Origin: Callorhinchus milii
Lineage: Eukaryota
Assembly (NCBI RefSeq): GCF_018977255.1
Contig: NW_024704743.1
Span: 18,106,001-18,170,000, forward strand
Length of the DNA stretch: 64,000 nt
Reading direction: 5' to 3'
Shown: positions 63,462-64,000 of the stretch, in pieces
Layout: each line of letters begins with the position of its first letter
Position numbering within the stretch: position 1 is the stretch's first letter
Made by a program: the position numbers and the translations under genes
Notes under the pieces: model-generated
What the model was told of the DNA's origin: nothing
What the model saw: only the letters and a program-made list of their open reading frames with translations
The model's database searches: none

Positions 63462-64000
63462 CATAAAGATTTCACATCTTTCATGTTACATTTTCTGCTT
63501 TTTTAAAAAAAATCTGTTTTAATGTTTATTACTCCCTCAAATCCCAACCCTCATTTATTACCCCAGCATTTACGTTTCCTTCCAATTCTCTCCATTACTT
63601 ACAAATAAAATTGGATCGACTTCAGAGCCAGCAGAAAAAGAAAAATACAGCGATCAGCTTGGGAGTAAATCAAATGTGCAGATACTGTCTGTTTTGTTTT
63701 GAATGGTTTGCTTTGTTTCTTGGTCAGCTGGGAGTCGTGACATGTGCAGAAACCCCTTGCCATGGTTAAGGGCCTTTCAGTTCCAGCTGCTAAGAACTCA
63801 CAGAAGCAGAGTTCCTGTCTGCTACTTCTGGTGAAATCCTTCTCTCTTTCATGGGGAGGGAAAACATGCCTCAGCTTCCCAATGCCCAGGAAACATAGGT
63901 GCAGGGTGCTGGAAGCTAAGAAATTATGTCTACATTGGGTACTGCTGGAATGGAACTGCTGCAGCTAAAAGCATGCAGTTTACTGCTGACAATCCAACTT

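Overview
Vertebrate non-coding DNA, most likely from a cartilaginous fish. The SINE/LINE repertoire (DeuSINE-type SINEs with L2-type tails, many CR1 and L2 fragments) points to a chimaera/elephant-shark-like genome; this is recognised from memory, not searched. I find no recognisable host protein-coding exon, tRNA, rRNA or miRNA. Every long ORF is either a by-product of tandem repeats or a broken LINE reverse-transcriptase fragment. The first ~4.3 kb is CpG-rich and promoter-like (probably the 5' end of a gene running leftwards out of the window). It is interleaved with microsatellites, a ~1.74 kb C-rich minisatellite and a near-perfect 12x30-bp array. The remaining ~60 kb resembles a gene desert or large intron. 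It holds two or three SINE families, L2 and CR1 fragments with several nested insertions, old MITE-like inverted-repeat elements, a probable Penelope endonuclease remnant, a tandem pair of CTCF motifs, a degenerate 33-bp array and repeat-poor islands with Pbx/Hox/Meis-type motifs. I see no convincing evidence for a new biological system; the findings are modest, testable leads. Boundaries of decayed repeats are approximate.
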